DNA of 64,000 nucleotides from an uncultured Planctomycetales bacterium (GTDB lineage: Bacteria > 4484-113 > JAFGCY01): assembly GCA_964512635.1 (NCBI GenBank), contig CAZEJB010000007.1, forward strand, positions 27,148 to 91,147, written 5' to 3'. Of this stretch, positions 35,636-45,360 are shown piece by piece. A program made the position numbers and the translations under genes. The notes under the pieces were generated by a model. That model made no database searches. It was not told where the DNA came from and saw nothing but the letters and a program-made list of their open reading frames with translations. Position 1 is the stretch's first letter. Every line of letters begins with the position of its first letter.

Positions 35636-37876
35636 ATCTCTCGCAAGCCACTCAACCTCCGCGTCGGCGTCGACTCCGGCGGCACCTTCACCGACTTCGT
35701 CTGGACACAACCCGACGACGCGGGCGTCTGGTCGCGCCACAGCTTCAAGCTGCACAGCACACCGGATGACCCGGCGCGCGCGGTGCTGGAGGGCGTGGAG
35801 CGGATCGTTTCCGGTCTTGTAGGTGCGGACCTCGGTGGCGCGGGCATGCCTGCCCGCAGAGCGCGGTCGGCGGGCGCGAACACCCGCCGCACCATGACCA
35901 TCGATGTCATCCACGGCACGACCGTCGCCACCAATGCGCTGCTGACGCGCAGCGGCGCGCGGGTTGTGCTGCTGACGACTGCGGGGATGGAGGACGTGCT
36001 GGAGATCGGCCGCCAGGACCGCCCCGCGCTGTATGACCTGCACCCTGCACTGCCCCCGCCGTTGGTGCCACGCGAGCTGCGCCTTGGCGTGCAGGAGCGC
36101 GTCGGCGTCAGCGAGACGCAGCCGGGGGCGCCGGAGGTGTTGATCGAGCTGAGCGCTGCCGAGGCGCAGCGGGCCGCGCGCAAGGTTAAGGCGCTTAAAC
36201 CCGAAGCGGTGGCGGTCTGTCTGCTGCACAGCTATATGTATCCGCAGCATGAGCAACTGCTGGCCGCAGCGCTGCGCGCAGTTCTGCCAGCGGATGTGCC
36301 GGTGTTTCTAAGCAGCGAGCTTGACCCGCAACCGCGCGAGTATGAGCGCACATCGACGACGGTGATCCACGCCTATCTTTCGCGCGAAGTGGATGCATAC
36401 TTGCGACGGCTCGAAGCCGGGCTGGCCGAGCTTGGCGCTCGCAGCGGCATCGCTTGCCGACTGAGCGTGCTGTCCAGCAGCGGCGGAACTTTGACGGCAG
36501 CGCAGGCCATCGCCCGTCCGGCCGAGCTGGTGCTGAGCGGCCCGGCCGGCGGAGTACGCGGCGCGGCAGCGGTGATGACGCGTGCATGGCTAAATGTGGA
36601 GGGCATCTCTGCCAGCGGAATTTTGAACGCAGGCTCGGTTTCTGAGACTTTGCAAACTTGGCCAATCAGCTCTTCGGCCAATGCTTCACGGGCGGGAACG
36701 CCCGCGCCACTGGGAGGCGGCCACGGACGACCGCCCCACCAGACAAGCAGCTTCCTCGGACTCGACATGGGCGGCACATCCACCGATGTCTGCCTGGGCT
36801 GGGAAGGCCGCGTGGCTCTGGACAGCGGGCGGCTGATTGAGGGCATGCCGCTGCGCACCGCGCGGCTGGCGGTGCACACTATCGGCGCCGGCGGCGGCAG
36901 TCTGGCCCGCGTCGGAAGTGGCGGAGCGCTGCTGGTTGGCCCGCAAAGCGCCGGGGCTGACCCCGGCCCGGCGGCCTATGGCCGCGGTGAAGGAGTGACC
37001 GTCACTGACGCCGCGTTGCTGACCGGCCGGCTGCCAGACGGCTTGTTGCTGGGCACGGGATCCATTATCAGGCTGGATGCCAGTCGCGCCGCTAAGTACC
37101 TTAGCGCGCTGGCCAGGGAGCTGAAGCTCAATGCCGCGGCCTGCGCCGACGGCATCCTGCGGATCGCCGAGCAGCACATGGCCCAGGCCGTGCGCCAGGT
37201 CAGCCAGGCGCGCGGCTATGACCCGCGGGCCTGCGTGCTGCTGCCCTTCGGCGGGGCCGGCGGGCTGTGCGCCTGTGGCGTGGCCGAGCAGCTTGGCATC
37301 ACGCGCATTCTGGTGCCCGCCGACGCCGGCTGTCTAAGCGCGCTGGGCGCGCTGCTGACCAGCCCAGAGCAAACGCGGATCATCAACGTCTTGCGCGTTG
37401 TTGACTCCTGGCCGGCGAAGGAGCTGCGCGAGTTGCTGGCCGGCCCAAAGGCTGAGCTGCAGGAAGAGTTCCGCACCTTCAGCTCGCGGCGCGTGCAGTG
37501 GAGCTGCCGCGCGCTGTGCCGCTACAGTGGTCAGGGCCATGAGCTGTCGATCCCCTGCTCGCCGGAGTACGAGAACCGTGTGCGGGTCGCCGAGTACTTC
37601 CACAGCGAGCATCAGCGTCAGTACGGCTACAGCCGTAAAGACGCGCCGGTTGAGGTAGTCAGCCTGGTCCTGAGCGGACGCGCTGAGGAACCTGCGCCGC
37701 CGGGAGCCTGGGACTTTGAAGCGCGGTGGATCAACGCGGCGAACGGCAAGCCTCTCGCGGTCGGAAGAGCTGTGCGCGGCCCGCTGCTGGTCACCGAACC
37801 GAGCTGCACTGTGTTCGTCGCGGCGGGCTGGAAGGCGCAGGTGGATGGGCTGGGGAACTTGCTGCTGTTCTTGTAA
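35636..37876 (+). CDS. Hydantoinase/oxoprolinase family protein (HyuA-like)
   Basis: The N-terminal LRVGVDSGGTFTDFV motif begins at about 35660, and there is strong similarity throughout. The in-frame region starts right after two stops (35612 TAG, 35630 TGA), with no canonical ATG/GTG/TTG before the conserved motif. The start is assigned tentatively at ATC 35636. Confidence 0.7.
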   Translation: MSRKPLNLRVGVDSGGTFTDFVWTQPDDAGVWSRHSFKLHSTPDDPARAVLEGVERIVSGLVGADLGGAGMPARRARSAGANTRRTMTIDVIHGTTVATNALLTRSGARVVLLTTAGMEDVLEIGRQDRPALYDLHPALPPPLVPRELRLGVQERVGVSETQPGAPEVLIELSAAEAQRAARKVKALKPEAVAVCLLHSYMYPQHEQLLAAALRAVLPADVPVFLSSELDPQPREYERTSTTVIHAYLSREVDAYLRRLEAGLAELGARSGIACRLSVLSSSGGTLTAAQAIARPAELVLSGPAGGVRGAAAVMTRAWLNVEGISASGILNAGSVSETLQTWPISSSANASRAGTPAPLGGGHGRPPHQTSSFLGLDMGGTSTDVCLGWEGRVALDSGRLIEGMPLRTARLAVHTIGAGGGSLARVGSGGALLVGPQSAGADPGPAAYGRGEGVTVTDAALLTGRLPDGLLLGTGSIIRLDASRAAKYLSALARELKLNAAACADGILRIAEQHMAQAVRQVSQARGYDPRACVLLPFGGAGGLCACGVAEQLGITRILVPADAGCLSALGALLTSPEQTRIINVLRVVDSWPAKELRELLAGPKAELQEEFRTFSSRRVQWSCRALCRYSGQGHELSIPCSPEYENRVRVAEYFHSEHQRQYGYSRKDAPVEVVSLVLSGRAEEPAPPGAWDFEARWINAANGKPLAVGRAVRGPLLVTEPSCTVFVAAGWKAQVDGLGNLLLFL

Positions 37877-37981
37877 GGCCTTGGGTTTATCTCCAGCCGG
37901 TCTTTAAGTGGAAAATACGGAGCCGACCAAGCAATGTTTCTACTTGAGAATTGTCACTCATTCACCTCACGCAGTCTCCAT

Positions 37982-38434
37982 TTAGACATCTGCTGAAAAT
38001 ACTGCTCGTAGAAAGAATGCGGTTACGATTGCTGCTCCTGCTAGTAATCCATATCCCCAAAGCAGCGTGAAACGCGCACCATTCCGAAGAAAACCTCGAC
38101 TACCTAGCTCCCAGGCCGCCAAATGGTCTCTCCGAATCAGTGTTTCCCTATCTCCAATTTCGTCGGCATAGCCTGGCTGGGAAACTATTAGCTCTTTGCC
38201 TTCATCATTGCCGTTTAGAATTTTGGCGAGATAGAAGTCATTTCCCGAATACTCGCCTGGGGGTCGTCCAACAGGCTCAATTATGCTCGCATCGCATTCC
38301 TCAGTTTGCTCCGCTCTGCGGAGTCCGCTGTGTCCGCGAATAACCAACCAAATGGCCAGCAGCCACCAAATCAACAACATTACATCCCTAGAATCAATGT
38401 TGCTCATAGTCGCCCGTCCAATAAGATAGATCAC
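37982..38434 (-). CDS. Hypothetical small membrane protein (low GC)
   Basis: 150 aa with one or two TM helices. Lies immediately downstream of xerC/D in the same orientation. Its GC is far below that of the flanks. Confidence 0.35.
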   Translation of the reverse strand: MIYLIGRATMSNIDSRDVMLLIWWLLAIWLVIRGHSGLRRAEQTEECDASIIEPVGRPPGEYSGNDFYLAKILNGNDEGKELIVSQPGYADEIGDRETLIRRDHLAAWELGSRGFLRNGARFTLLWGYGLLAGAAIVTAFFLRAVFSADV

Positions 38435-38436
38435 CC

Positions 38437-39477
38437 CTACCGCTTCGCCCGCGGGTGCGTCTTCTCGTAGCTCTCCAGCAGCTGCTTACGCGTGATCTGC
38501 GTATAGACCTGCGTGGTGTTGATGCTGCTGTGGCCCAGCAGCTCCTGCAGCAGGCGCACATCCGCCCCGCCCTCCAGCATATGCGTGGCGCAGGCATGCC
38601 GCAGCTTATGCGGTGAGACCGGCTTGAGGCAGCCGGCAAGCAGCGCCGCCTCATCAACGATGCGCTGGATCGCTCGCGGTCCGAGCGGCTGGCCGCGAGT
38701 GCTGAGCCACAGCGGCGCATCCTGGCCGGTTCCAGAAAGTCCAGCTGCGGCCAGTAAATCTCCCGCACCAGAGCTGCTCGCCCTGGCCGCCAGCAGCGGG
38801 CGCGACTGGCAGATGTAGCGTTCCAACAGCTCGGACGCGCGCTCGCCATAAGGCACTGTCCGCAGCTTGCTGCCCTTGCCGAGCACACTTAGCAGGCACT
38901 CGGAGCTGCGCAGGCTGCCCAGCCTCAGCCCGGCGCATTCGCTGACACGCAGACCGGCGGAGTAAAGGATGTGCAGGACTGCACTGTTGCGGAGGGCTAC
39001 CGGGCCCTTGATCTCGTCAAAGGCTCGCACCAGCGCCAGGATTTCGTCGACATTGAAATAGGCCGGCAGCTGGCGGCTGTACTTCGGTGCGCTGGGAGAG
39101 GTCTGCGCCAGCCCTGAGTCGCCAGAAGCGACATCTCCGGCACCTGGCAACTGTCCGCTGAACTCAAGATAGCGCCGGTAAGCCTTAAGCGCGCTGACTG
39201 CCCGGGCCGCACTGCGGCTGCTCAGCACTCGCTTCGGCCCGGCATCGCGGCGGCCCGGCAGGCTGCGCTGCATGATGTAGAGCCCGACCTGGCTGCGTCC
39301 CAGCGCCCGCGCAGTTTCAAGCCCGTTGCCTTCACACCATTTATGAAAGGCAGACACATCCCGGATGTAGGCTTCAGCCGTCCGTGCGGCGCGTCCAAGT
39401 ACCTGCTGCAGGTACGCGCCGAAGCTCAGCGCGGCCGCGCTGTCAGCCGACTCCTTATGGCCGGGAAAGTCTGACAT
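38437..39477 (-). CDS. Tyrosine recombinase XerC/XerD family
   Basis: ...LRHACATHMLEGGADVRLLQELLGHSSINTTQVYTQI.... The R..HxxR...Y catalytic signature is present. The start is taken at the ATG at 39477 (MSDFPGH...). Confidence 0.8.
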   Translation of the reverse strand: MSDFPGHKESADSAAALSFGAYLQQVLGRAARTAEAYIRDVSAFHKWCEGNGLETARALGRSQVGLYIMQRSLPGRRDAGPKRVLSSRSAARAVSALKAYRRYLEFSGQLPGAGDVASGDSGLAQTSPSAPKYSRQLPAYFNVDEILALVRAFDEIKGPVALRNSAVLHILYSAGLRVSECAGLRLGSLRSSECLLSVLGKGSKLRTVPYGERASELLERYICQSRPLLAARASSSGAGDLLAAAGLSGTGQDAPLWLSTRGQPLGPRAIQRIVDEAALLAGCLKPVSPHKLRHACATHMLEGGADVRLLQELLGHSSINTTQVYTQITRKQLLESYEKTHPRAKR

Positions 39478-39563
39478 GAACAAGTCCGGCGCGGCAGCGT
39501 TCAATGCATGTGGGCCAGGCCCAGCCGCGCGCAGGAATACTATACAATATATGAGTTAAACAA

Positions 39564-41432
39564 ATGACAATGCACAAACTCAAACGGATCCTGGGCGGGC
39601 TGCTCTGCGGGGGCACCCTGCTGCTGGCCTGCACCTGTGCGCGGGATGTGACGGGCGATATCGACGCCGAGCCCGAACCGGTGCTGGTGCGGCTGGGCAT
39701 GCGAACACAGGGGAACTTCGAAGCGGATACCTGGTATTACTTCGTGGTCAACTTCAGCAAGTATCCAACATCGAACGCCGACACAGCCCCGCTTGACTCG
39801 ATCTCCAGCGAAGACCGCGGAAAGAACTGGGAGCTGTATGTCATGTACCACCGTGACGAGACCCTTGGTGAGCAGCTGCTGACCCTGCAGCGCCCACGGG
39901 TTCCGACCCAGATCGGCACCGGCCTGGAGCCGGTGGATGCCGTGGCCGGTAACTTCACCCCCGGCGATGACACCCCGGCGGAAGTGGATGTGTTTGTCGC
40001 CTGCCGCGGCGCCAACCGAGTGCAACTGGTCAAGGGCCGCGAGCTGCTCCTGATCAACAACCGCTTTTTTGATGAGGCGGTTTCGATTGACGTCATGAAT
40101 GGCCCGGCGCCGCTGCGGGTCCACAGCCTTGATCTGGACGGCGACACTGACCTCGACCTGGCGGTGATTTATCAGGGCCGCGACGGCGAGGGCGGGCCTT
40201 TTGTGCGTTTCTTCCTGAGCGACGGCAAAGGCACTTTTGCTCTGCAGAGCGAACTGGCCCTGCCGGAGCAGCCTGTCGACAGCATGCTGGTGGATGTAAA
40301 CCCGGACACCGATACCGCGCCAGAGTTGCTGGTACTGACCCGCGATGCCGCGGGAAATGGCACGCTGCGGGTCTTCAACAATGACGGCGCAGCGGTAAAC
40401 AACTTCACCGCGGGTGATACCGCTGAAGTCGGCCTGAACCCGGTGCAGATCAGTTCCGGCAACCTTGATGCGGATGATCTGGACCTCGCGATCGCGAACC
40501 GCGGCGCCGACGGCGGCAACGGATCGGTCTCCGTGCTGCTTGGTGGTGGCGATGGTACTTTTGCCCCGGGCCCGGTACTGACAGCCACCGGTAACGTAAC
40601 CGGCGTCAGCATTGCCAAGTTCTTTGGTACCGGCAATGATGTCGCCTACACCACGCTGGAAGGTGGAACCGTCGGCAAGGTGAATGTCTATCTGAAGGAA
40701 ACTTCGGAGGACTTCGCACCGACCCCGATCAGCAAGGTCTTAGTCAACAACGACCGTCCGCAGTCCATGATTGCCTTTGACAGTGACGCCGACAGCCGGG
40801 CCGAGGCCTATGTGGTCAACGGTATCCCTGGCAGCGGCAACAGCGCGATGCTGATTGAACGTGGCGAAGCTGTCACCGAAACCGGGTCGACCAACACGAA
40901 CTTCGGTTGGAATGAGATTCAGCTGGCCTATCCCGTCGGCCTTGAGCCGAGCAGAATCATTCCCTCAACTCTGGATGCCAATGGTGTTCAGGACCTGATC
41001 ATCACCAACTCCGGTTCTGGCACCAATGGCAACAGCATCTCGCTGTTCTACGGCCTTGGCAAACACAACTACACCAATGCAGATGTCTTCTGGACCGACG
41101 AAGCGCCACAACTTCTGACCGCCCAGCCCTGGTACATCAGCCATACGATCGGGCCGAACTCCATCGAACTGGAGATCGACCCGCGACTGTTTTTCGACTT
41201 GACCAATGAAGTCCCGGAAGGCTTCCTGTTCGACTGGATGACCGGCACCACAGATGTCGAGCTGACCGACAACCTGCTGCAGGACGGCGAAATCCGTGAG
41301 CATTTCTCGAGCCCCGGTGCCGTGCCCTTCCGCGTGGACGTAATTGATAACGAGCAAACCAACCCCCGCGTACCGATCAGCGATGACGCGCCGCAGCAGG
41401 ACATCATCGACTGGTACGTTGAAACGAGCTAA
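39564..41432 (+). CDS. Lipoprotein with FG-GAP/VCBS (integrin-alpha-like beta-propeller) repeats
   Basis: Lipobox (LLLACTCA) and repeated ...DLDGDTDLDLAV..., ...VNPDTDTAPELLV..., ...GNLDADDLDLAIANRGADG... FG-GAP-type motifs. Confidence 0.6.
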   Translation: MTMHKLKRILGGLLCGGTLLLACTCARDVTGDIDAEPEPVLVRLGMRTQGNFEADTWYYFVVNFSKYPTSNADTAPLDSISSEDRGKNWELYVMYHRDETLGEQLLTLQRPRVPTQIGTGLEPVDAVAGNFTPGDDTPAEVDVFVACRGANRVQLVKGRELLLINNRFFDEAVSIDVMNGPAPLRVHSLDLDGDTDLDLAVIYQGRDGEGGPFVRFFLSDGKGTFALQSELALPEQPVDSMLVDVNPDTDTAPELLVLTRDAAGNGTLRVFNNDGAAVNNFTAGDTAEVGLNPVQISSGNLDADDLDLAIANRGADGGNGSVSVLLGGGDGTFAPGPVLTATGNVTGVSIAKFFGTGNDVAYTTLEGGTVGKVNVYLKETSEDFAPTPISKVLVNNDRPQSMIAFDSDADSRAEAYVVNGIPGSGNSAMLIERGEAVTETGSTNTNFGWNEIQLAYPVGLEPSRIIPSTLDANGVQDLIITNSGSGTNGNSISLFYGLGKHNYTNADVFWTDEAPQLLTAQPWYISHTIGPNSIELEIDPRLFFDLTNEVPEGFLFDWMTGTTDVELTDNLLQDGEIREHFSSPGAVPFRVDVIDNEQTNPRVPISDDAPQQDIIDWYVETS

Positions 41433-42319
41433 TGCGCTGTCTGAGCAAGTTATTCGGCTGCTTCTTTGGCCTGCTGGTCCTGGTCGGGCTGGCGATTGCG
41501 GCGATGTATCTGTGGGTCTTTCCGCGGCTCGACACCATCTTTGCCGATGCTGTGCGCCGCGAGTTCATGCTCGCCCCGAGCAGTACGGTCAAGATGACAC
41601 GCGGCAGCCTTATTGACACCCTGCAGGGCCAGGTCCCGGAAATGCTGGTTGAGGCCGACGAGGCCAAGATTGAAGGGCTGCTGGTCGAGGATGTAAAGCT
41701 GCTGGCAGAGGATGTGTCCTTTGACCTGCCGCGGACGCTGGCCACCGGCAACGCCGAGTGGAAGCACATGAGCTCCGGCCGGCTCGAGTTCAAAGTTTCC
41801 GAGAAGTCGCTGAAGGAACGCTGGGCCGGTGAGCTGGAGAAACGCGGCCTGAAGAAGGTTGAGGTCAAGCTGGCCGGCGGCGAAGTCAGCATCAGCGGGC
41901 TGCTGGATGCGGCAATCTTCAAGCTGCGGGTCGGCGCAAAGGGCAAGGTTGAGGTAGACGGTACCGACCGCATTGTTTTCAAACCCAGCGGTCTTGAGCT
42001 TGGCGGCGCGGACTTTGGCGTCGAGCAGGTCAATGCGATCTTTGCGGCATTGACACCGGTGCTTGACCTGGGTAGCCTCAAGCTTGGCGTTGGCGTCGAG
42101 AGCATGGAACCCCGGGACGGCTACCTCTATGTTGTGGCCCGCAGTATGGAGCTTGATGATCTGTCACAGCGCATGAGCGAAAGCAGCGCGGGCGATGCAG
42201 AGGAGAATGATGCCGAAGAGAAGGCCGCGGGTGAGGCCGAAAACAGGGACGCAGCAGAAAGCAGCGCGGATGAAAAGGACAAGAAGAAAGACGCGGCTGC
42301 CTCAGGCAGTGGTGAGTAG
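41432..42319 (+). CDS. DUF2993 (LmeA-like) membrane-anchored protein
   Basis: N-terminal TM, with repeated ...VEVKLAGGEVSISGLL... and ...KLRVGAKGKVEVDG... beta-rich segments typical of DUF2993. The start overlaps the previous stop (TAATG). Confidence 0.5.
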   Translation: MRCLSKLFGCFFGLLVLVGLAIAAMYLWVFPRLDTIFADAVRREFMLAPSSTVKMTRGSLIDTLQGQVPEMLVEADEAKIEGLLVEDVKLLAEDVSFDLPRTLATGNAEWKHMSSGRLEFKVSEKSLKERWAGELEKRGLKKVEVKLAGGEVSISGLLDAAIFKLRVGAKGKVEVDGTDRIVFKPSGLELGGADFGVEQVNAIFAALTPVLDLGSLKLGVGVESMEPRDGYLYVVARSMELDDLSQRMSESSAGDAEENDAEEKAAGEAENRDAAESSADEKDKKKDAAASGSGE

Positions 42320-42402
42320 CTGGTACAGACTCCCGGCGCCGGATGGCCGCGGGGATTAAGATAGGACGTGGCCGTCAGCGATGGCCCGCGCGGGAGGCAG
42401 GG

Positions 42403-42801
42403 ATGCTCAGGTTGGTGGGAATTGCATTTGCACTGTCCGTGCTGCTGATTGGCGGCGCGGTGCTGTTCGCCCTGGCGGCTGACCCCGGCAGCAAGGATGA
42501 CCCGCTGGTTACCCAGAGCTATGTGCGTAACCTGGCCAACTTCAAGCGTACCGAGGTGCCGGCCAAGCGCAGCCTGCGTCTGTCGCCGGGGGCGGAGTTC
42601 GTGTTGCTTGACCCTGTCGAGCCCACTGCATGCCCCGGCCTGGACCCGCGCAAAAGCGTCGCGGTTGACCTCAGCGACGGCGAGCGGCTTGGCGCGGCCA
42701 CTCTGGAGCCCTTCCACCACTATGTGAACGGGGGCAATGGTGATCTCTTCCTGAAGTTCAACGCAAGCGTGACCCTATTGCTGAAGGGTGAATGGAAGTG
42801 A
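42403..42801 (+). CDS. Hypothetical membrane-anchored protein
   Basis: MLRLVGIAFALSVLLIGGAVLFAL.... Overlaps the next gene's start (ATGGAAGTGA). Confidence 0.4.
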   Translation: MLRLVGIAFALSVLLIGGAVLFALAADPGSKDDPLVTQSYVRNLANFKRTEVPAKRSLRLSPGAEFVLLDPVEPTACPGLDPRKSVAVDLSDGERLGAATLEPFHHYVNGGNGDLFLKFNASVTLLLKGEWK

Positions 42802-44897
42802 ACAGCGCTACCGGCGGCAGCACCGGTTTCAGCGCGGTGTCCAGTGGTTCAACCGGGGAGACAGCCCGCGGCCTTTCCCGCGCCCAGCGCGCACTTTGTT
42901 ATCTGCTGCTGGTCGTCGGTCTGGTCTTCGCCTCCATCTCGGCGGCCCAGCGTATCGGCGCAGATAACGACTACCGCGAGGTTATGGTGCTGGTGGACTG
43001 GCAGGGCCTCACCGGCCTGCCGGAGGTGGAGTCAAGCCCGGGCCTGTTCCTGAAGCCTGAAGAGCGCGAAGTACGCTGGAAGCTGCTGGAGAGAATCCCG
43101 AAAGCCATGCTGTGCTACGGGGAAGAGACCGTGGCCCAGCTTGTTAACGAGAACATCCTCAAGGCCGCGGCCTTCCGTGGAGAAGCGCCGACCTATGTAG
43201 TCACCGACAAGCGCCTGATCGACGACCTGGCCGCGGGCTGCTCGCGGCATGGGTACGCCTTTGACTTCGCCAGCGATGGCAGCATGCTGATCCAGTTTCC
43301 CGAACTTGGCCAGGAGGCACTGAACAACCTGCCGGTCTGCTGGCGCAGCGACTTCATCGACCAGGCGCGGGAGCGTGACATCCCTATCGTGCTGCGGCCG
43401 GACGGCAGCGAGTATCTGGGTCCTGGAGGGCTGGAAGCGACGCTGGGCTTTTGCCAGCAGCAGCCACTCATCCTGTTCCAAGGCAATACAGTGCTCGGCT
43501 ATCCCGGCCGGCTCGACGACACCATCAAGATGCTGCGCTCACAAAAGCAGGTCTATGGCTGGGTCGAGTTTGACGAGCAGGACGGCGGCGAGGTACTTGC
43601 CAGCAAACTGGCGCCCTGGATCATCCGCGTGCACTCCATCACCGCCGAGGAGATGGAAAAATACAGCGTCGCGGATGCGGTTCAGCGCTTTTACCGCGCA
43701 CTGTCCGAGCGCAACATTCGCTGCATTTATCTGCGTCCTTATGTTTCCGGCCCACTGCTGAATGCTGCCGACGAAACTGGCAGCTCAAGCTCAACCGCGG
43801 GCTACCGCACACGCCTGTTTGAACTGAACAGCCGCTACTTCAGTTCAGTGCAAGACATGCTGGTCGGGGCCGGCTATCGCATCACCGACAAAGTCAGGCC
43901 GCCACACGATGCGCCGCGCTGGCTCAAGAGTATTCGCCCCCTGCCCTTTGCGCTGGCCAAGGGTGGAGTCTTCGTGCTGCTGCTGGCGCTTCTGTTCCCC
44001 CTGCTTCGGCGCTGGGTCTTCAGCGCCCTGCTGGGTCTGGTTGCGCTGAAAGCCGTCGCTGCTTTGTTTGTTCCACAGCTGCTGACTATCTTTCTGCTAG
44101 AGACCGCCGTCATCTTCCCGCTGTGGGCCTTCTTCGGCTCGCTGAAGCTCTATCAGTCGCTGGTCCGAGAGCGGCCAGCCTGGTGCCCGCGGCGCTGGCT
44201 GACGGCCATGGGCTGCCTGATACTGGCGAGCCTGATCTCAGCTTCCGGCGGCCTGCTGATTCACAGCGTGCTGTGGGACGAGCGGATGATGCTGCATGTC
44301 GGCCAGTTCCGCGGAGTCACAATCGGGCTGGCCCTGCCGATGCTGGTCCTGGCAGCCTATGCCTGGCAGGCTGAAAGCCTGCAGGACGCCTGGGACAGCG
44401 CACGGCGCGGTCTGACCGACTACTGGCTGCGCTTCAGTCAGCTTTGGCAGGCGCCGATCCGCTATGGCGACGTGGCCTTCATCCTGATCGCGCTGGGTGT
44501 GCTGGGCATTGTGCTGCTGCGCAGCGGCAATGAGGGCGGCCTGCCGGTGCTGGACTTCGAGACAATGCTGCGTGGCAGCCTGGAGCAGGCCCTGACCGTC
44601 CGCCCGCGGACCAAGGAGCTGCTGGGCCATCCGGCCTTCGTGCTCTTCCTGCTGTCCCTGCCCTGGCGCAACCGCCTCAGCCTGCTGCTGGGCCTCGCAG
44701 GCATGCTGGGACAGGTCAGCATCCTCAACACCTTCTGCCACATCCACACGCCGCTGCTGGTGACACTTCAGCGCGTGGGCCTCGGCCTGCTGATCGGCCT
44801 GATCAGTGCGGCGCTCTGGGGCGTGATTGTGCAGGCAATCGCGTGGGGATCTGGAAAGCTCAGGTCCCGCTACTCAAAGCCACAAGCGGCGGCGTAG
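42792..44897 (+). CDS. Large membrane protein with an N-terminal extracytoplasmic domain and a C-terminal polytopic domain (possibly DUF5693-like)
   Basis: 701 aa. TM1 is followed by a soluble domain of about 330 aa, then 8 or more TM helices. Confidence 0.5.
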   Translation: MEVNSATGGSTGFSAVSSGSTGETARGLSRAQRALCYLLLVVGLVFASISAAQRIGADNDYREVMVLVDWQGLTGLPEVESSPGLFLKPEEREVRWKLLERIPKAMLCYGEETVAQLVNENILKAAAFRGEAPTYVVTDKRLIDDLAAGCSRHGYAFDFASDGSMLIQFPELGQEALNNLPVCWRSDFIDQARERDIPIVLRPDGSEYLGPGGLEATLGFCQQQPLILFQGNTVLGYPGRLDDTIKMLRSQKQVYGWVEFDEQDGGEVLASKLAPWIIRVHSITAEEMEKYSVADAVQRFYRALSERNIRCIYLRPYVSGPLLNAADETGSSSSTAGYRTRLFELNSRYFSSVQDMLVGAGYRITDKVRPPHDAPRWLKSIRPLPFALAKGGVFVLLLALLFPLLRRWVFSALLGLVALKAVAALFVPQLLTIFLLETAVIFPLWAFFGSLKLYQSLVRERPAWCPRRWLTAMGCLILASLISASGGLLIHSVLWDERMMLHVGQFRGVTIGLALPMLVLAAYAWQAESLQDAWDSARRGLTDYWLRFSQLWQAPIRYGDVAFILIALGVLGIVLLRSGNEGGLPVLDFETMLRGSLEQALTVRPRTKELLGHPAFVLFLLSLPWRNRLSLLLGLAGMLGQVSILNTFCHIHTPLLVTLQRVGLGLLIGLISAALWGVIVQAIAWGSGKLRSRYSKPQAAA

Positions 44898-44904
44898 CAG
44901 GTCG

Positions 44905-45351
44905 ATGCGTCGCATTGGCATACTGCAGCTGATGTGTGCACTGGCCTGCCTTGTTCTGGGCTGGCTGATGTGGCGCGCCGACGACGCCCTCCTGTATGCC
45001 GGTGCCTACCTCCCGCAGGTGCTGATAGCCCTGCTGCTCCTGCTGGCAGCAGCCGGCAACTTCTATGCTGACAACACCGTGGGCAACGGTGGTGAAACGG
45101 CACGCCCGAAGTACCAGGGTCCCCTGCTGGTGGCGATATGTGGTGCCATGCTGCTTGTATTCAGATACAGCCCGCTTATCGGTCGCGGCAGAAGGCATCA
45201 GCTCTACACCGTGCGATTTCTTGAAGGCTTCCACGACTACATCGAGCCCTTCAGCCTCTGGCTGCTGTTGCTGGGCTGTGTGATCATCGCCACTGCGGTG
45301 CTGAGCTATGTGCTGGAATACAGCGCCTGGAAGCAGAACAGCAGGTACTAG
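44905..45351 (+). CDS. Hypothetical small polytopic membrane protein
   Basis: MRRIGILQLMCALACLVLGWLMW.... Four predicted TM helices. Confidence 0.4.
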   Translation: MRRIGILQLMCALACLVLGWLMWRADDALLYAGAYLPQVLIALLLLLAAAGNFYADNTVGNGGETARPKYQGPLLVAICGAMLLVFRYSPLIGRGRRHQLYTVRFLEGFHDYIEPFSLWLLLLGCVIIATAVLSYVLEYSAWKQNSRY

Positions 45352-45360
45352 ACTCTATCC

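Noticed and set aside
38437-39504. Tyrosine recombinase as a prophage integrase
   Set aside because: The C-terminal motifs are XerC/D-like and no phage structural or regulatory genes flank it. I kept only the milder hypothesis, reported as a finding.
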